From assembly GCA_963753785.1 (NCBI GenBank), contig CAVWDL010000008.1, positions 166,064 through 230,063 on the forward strand: 64,000 nt of DNA, given 5' to 3'. Source of the DNA: an uncultured Candidatus Micrarchaeota archaeon. Lineage in GTDB: Archaea > Micrarchaeota > Micrarchaeia > Micrarchaeales > CABMGC01. Each line of letters opens with the position of its first letter. The stretch's first letter is position 1. This document shows positions 61,641 through 64,000 of this stretch, piece by piece. A program made the position numbers and the translations under genes. Under the pieces are notes generated by a model. It ran no database searches and was not told the DNA's origin. It worked only from the letters and a program-made list of their open reading frames with translations.

Positions 61641-63299
61641 GTGGCCGAAAATCAACTAGGACAACAGTACATGATTCTGCCGGAGGGCGCTACGCGCATG
61701 CTCGGCAGGGAAGCGCAGAGGACGAACATAGCAGTGGGCTATGCCGTATCTAGCATCATAAGGAGCACCCTTGGACCCAAGGGAATGGACAAGATGCTCG
61801 TGAGCGAGCTGGGGGACATCGTGATAACCAACGACGGAGCCTCGATACTCGAGGAGATGAACGTCGAGCACCCGATCGCCAAGCTCATGGTCTCCATTGC
61901 GAAGAGCCAGGACAAGGAAGTGGGAGACGGGACGACGACCGCGGTCATAATCGCAGGGGAGCTCCTGAAGAATGCAGGAGACCTCATCGAGAAGGGAATA
62001 AACCCCAACACCATCATCAGGGGATACGAGATGGCGTCCGAGAAGGCGCACGCGCTTTTCATAGAGGCGTCCGACCCTATAACTCTGGACGACGAGGACA
62101 AGCTGGAGAAGATTGCGATGGTCTCGGTGGGATCGAAGAACATAGGCAACGACAGCACCAGGAAGTACCTCTCCAAGCTCGCCATACAGGCGATAAAGCA
62201 GGTCGCGGAGAAGAAGGGAGACAAGATAACGATAGACAAGGACTTCATAAAGCTGGAGAAGAAGGAGGGAGGATCCGTCGAGGAGACGCAGTACATAAAC
62301 GGCGTGCTCGTGGACAAGGAGATCGCCCACTCCGGAATGCCGAAGGCGATAAAGAACGCGAAGATAGCGCTCCTGGACATCGCCCTTGAGATAGAGAAGA
62401 CTGAGACCGACGCTAGGATAGAGATAACCTCCCCCGAGCAGATGCAGTCATTCCTGCAGCAGGAGGAGAAGATGCTCAAGACCATGGTCGACAAGGCCGC
62501 AAAGAGCGGCGCGAACGTGATCTTCGTGCAGAAGGGCATAGACGACGTCGCGCAGCACTACCTCGCCAAGGCAGGCATAATGGCGGTAAGGAGAGTCAAG
62601 AAGAGCGACATGGAGAAGCTCGCAAAGGCGACCGGCGCAAAGCTGGTCACGAGCCTCGACGACCTCGGATCGACCGACCTCGGCTTCGCCGGAAACGTCG
62701 AAGAGAGGAAGATCTCTGGAGAGCAGATGGTCTTCGTCGAGAAGTGCAAGGATCCGAAGAGCGTCACCATATTCGTAAGGGGAGGCACGAAGCAGGTCGT
62801 TGACGAGACCGAGCGCGCTCTCACCGACGAGATAGGAGCCCTCACGAGCGCCATCGAGATCGGCAAGTACGTCTACGGAGGCGGAAGCGCAGAGGAATAC
62901 GTGGCGAAGGGCCTTAGGGACTTCGCAAGCAACGTTGGCGGAAGGGAGCAGCTCGCCATACAGGCGTTCAGCGACTCTCTCGAGGCCATACCGAAGACGC
63001 TGGCGGACAGCGCCGGGATGGACGCGATAGACACCATAGTCCAGCTGAGGAGCAAGATGAAGAACAGGGAAGGCAGGACCTCTGGCGTCGACGTGCACAA
63101 GGGAGTCATAGGCGACATGGCGAAGATCGGAGTCATAGAGCCCGTCAAGATAAAGCTGCAGGCGATATCGAGCGCCACAGAGGCGAGCGTGCAGATACTG
63201 AGGATTGACGACATGATAAGCTCCAAGGGATCGAGGCCCCCTATGGGAGGCGGCGGAGGCATGCCGGGCGGCATGCCTGGAATGGGAGGGGAGGAATAG
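61641..63299 (+). CDS. ths: Thermosome subunit (group II chaperonin)
   Basis: The sequence TLGPKGMDKMLV...GDIVITNDGASIL and VGDGTTTAVIIAGELL are present, together with a C-terminal GGM-type tail (MGGGGGMPGGMPGMGG). Confidence 0.95.
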   Translation: MAENQLGQQYMILPEGATRMLGREAQRTNIAVGYAVSSIIRSTLGPKGMDKMLVSELGDIVITNDGASILEEMNVEHPIAKLMVSIAKSQDKEVGDGTTTAVIIAGELLKNAGDLIEKGINPNTIIRGYEMASEKAHALFIEASDPITLDDEDKLEKIAMVSVGSKNIGNDSTRKYLSKLAIQAIKQVAEKKGDKITIDKDFIKLEKKEGGSVEETQYINGVLVDKEIAHSGMPKAIKNAKIALLDIALEIEKTETDARIEITSPEQMQSFLQQEEKMLKTMVDKAAKSGANVIFVQKGIDDVAQHYLAKAGIMAVRRVKKSDMEKLAKATGAKLVTSLDDLGSTDLGFAGNVEERKISGEQMVFVEKCKDPKSVTIFVRGGTKQVVDETERALTDEIGALTSAIEIGKYVYGGGSAEEYVAKGLRDFASNVGGREQLAIQAFSDSLEAIPKTLADSAGMDAIDTIVQLRSKMKNREGRTSGVDVHKGVIGDMAKIGVIEPVKIKLQAISSATEASVQILRIDDMISSKGSRPPMGGGGGMPGGMPGMGGEE

Positions 63300-63308
63300 T
63301 CCTCCCTC

Positions 63309-63334
63309 CGCTCGGAGCGGTAGCGCTCCGAGCG
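63309..63334 (+). terminator. Perfect 11-bp GC-rich hairpin after the thermosome gene
   Basis: The sequence CGCTCGGAGCG-gtag-CGCTCCGAGCG starts 10 nt after the stop codon. Terminator function is inferred. Confidence 0.4.
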
Positions 63335-63380
63335 ACAGTATTATTAGCTCTAACTGAGAAAGTCAACTGATGGTGTCAAA

Positions 63381-64000
63381 ATGATACTCATACTATTTGG
63401 TCCACAGGGTTCGGGAAAAGGAACGATAGCGTCAAGAGTCGGCGCAAAGCTCGGAGGAATACCACACATCTCCACTGGAGACATGCTGAGGGACGAGGTG
63501 AAGAGGGCCACGGAAATAGGGAAGAACGCCGCGCCAATCATGAACAGCGGAGGACTTGTCCCTGATGCTGTGGTCAACAAGCTCCTTGAGGACAGGCTGA
63601 GCAAGGACGACGCCAAGAACGGCTTCATCCTCGACGGCTACCCTAGGAACATCACCCAGGCGCACGAGCTCGAGACCAAGTACAAGGTAGACGCCGCCGT
63701 GCTGCTCAACGTGCCGGTGTGGCTCCTGCTGAGCAGGCTCACAAACAGGAGGGTCTGCAGGAACTGCGGGGAGGTCTACAACCTCGTCAACCTGAATCCC
63801 AAGAAGGAAGGCGTCTGCGACAAGTGCGGAGGCGAGGTCTACCAGAGGGACGATGACAAGGAGGAGGCCATAAAGGAGAGGTTCGCGACCTACGAGAGGG
63901 TCACGATGCCGCTGGTCGAGTACTACAAGGGGAAGGGCATACTCAAGACGGTCACCTGCGACAAGCTGGAGACGACTCCCGACGAGAACGTCGCCAGCAT
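63381..64000 (+). CDS. adk: Adenylate kinase, bacterial-type long form with a zinc-binding lid (3' end outside the window)
   Basis: The gene is not in the ORF track because there is no stop within the window. Manual translation gives MILILFGPQGSGKGTIASRV...HISTGDMLR...GFILDGYPRN...CRNCGEVYNL...CDKCGGEVYQRDDD. Confidence 0.9.
   Translation, partial: MILILFGPQGSGKGTIASRVGAKLGGIPHISTGDMLRDEVKRATEIGKNAAPIMNSGGLVPDAVVNKLLEDRLSKDDAKNGFILDGYPRNITQAHELETKYKVDAAVLLNVPVWLLLSRLTNRRVCRNCGEVYNLVNLNPKKEGVCDKCGGEVYQRDDDKEEAIKERFATYERVTMPLVEYYKGKGILKTVTCDKLETTPDENVAS

Noticed and set aside
8109-63334. The possibility that the GC-rich hairpins at 8109-8127, 55292-55323 and 63309-63334 form a dispersed repeat family (a MITE-like element).
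   Set aside because: They share only short CGAGCG/CGCTCG-type cores and differ in stem sequence and length. All sit directly after stop codons, so independent terminator-like hairpins are the simpler explanation.
63350-63665. The minus-strand ORFs 63350-63628 and 63432-63665.
   Set aside because: They are antisense to a clear adenylate kinase reading frame. That frame is missing from the ORF track only because it has no stop codon within the window.
1-64000. CRISPR arrays, transposases, integrases, prophage genes and recognisable defence systems such as restriction-modification, toxin-antitoxin pairs or Cas genes.
   Set aside because: I found no regularly spaced direct repeats. No ORF has transposase, integrase, Cas, methyltransferase or toxin motifs. 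The only compositionally foreign gene (60790-61494) has no mobility gene or flanking repeat.

Overview
The window is a gene-dense archaeal chromosomal segment. I call about 80 protein genes and 4 intron-less tRNA genes, and I found no rRNA, CRISPR array or recognisable mobile element. Most of the content is core information-processing machinery. It includes the ribosomal S10-type operon (uS3 to uL3); eL15 plus a small Pcc1-like gene; PriS, Pth2 and RadA; and a GINS/eL42/aIF2-alpha/PAC2 cluster. It also carries TFE, gyrB-gyrA, an Lhr-type helicase, Orc1/Cdc6 followed by RNase P subunits Rpp30 and Pop5, and TrpRS. The proteasome-exosome superoperon is present as psmA, SBDS, rrp4, rrp41, rrp42, eL43, an unknown ORF and rpoP. 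Also present are HisRS, an archaeal histone, the thermosome, the AglB oligosaccharyltransferase and the start of adk. Lipid and metabolic genes include mevalonate kinase, a geranylgeranyl reductase, IlvE, ADP-forming acetyl-CoA synthetase and two thymidylate-kinase paralogs. Codon usage is dominated by AGG/AGA, ATA, AAG and GAG. Genes are tightly packed, with many 4-nt start/stop overlaps. The tRNA-splicing endonuclease has a three-unit layout of the kind reported for ARMAN/Micrarchaeota-type ultrasmall archaea, so a DPANN-like origin is plausible but not proven from sequence alone. The most unusual observations are as follows. (1) Eleven single-nucleotide frame breaks fall in only five genes, six of them within about 900 nt of gyrA. 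(2) AglB carries an N-terminal extension of three transmembrane helices plus a charged coiled coil. (3) A winged-helix protein, a surface protein with about 30 N-glycosylation sequons and the Lhr helicase form a tightly coupled operon. (4) A histone, a zinc-ribbon protein and a PRC-barrel protein form another tightly coupled operon. (5) Two wHTH-type proteins appear to be membrane-anchored. (6) An ORF between aglB and the thermosome gene has clearly foreign codon usage. (7) The cdc6-psmA intergenic region has origin-like repeat architecture. I found no canonical defence or mobile system. The novelty candidates are uncharacterised ORFs embedded in conserved operons, and all of them are inferences that need database and structure searches.
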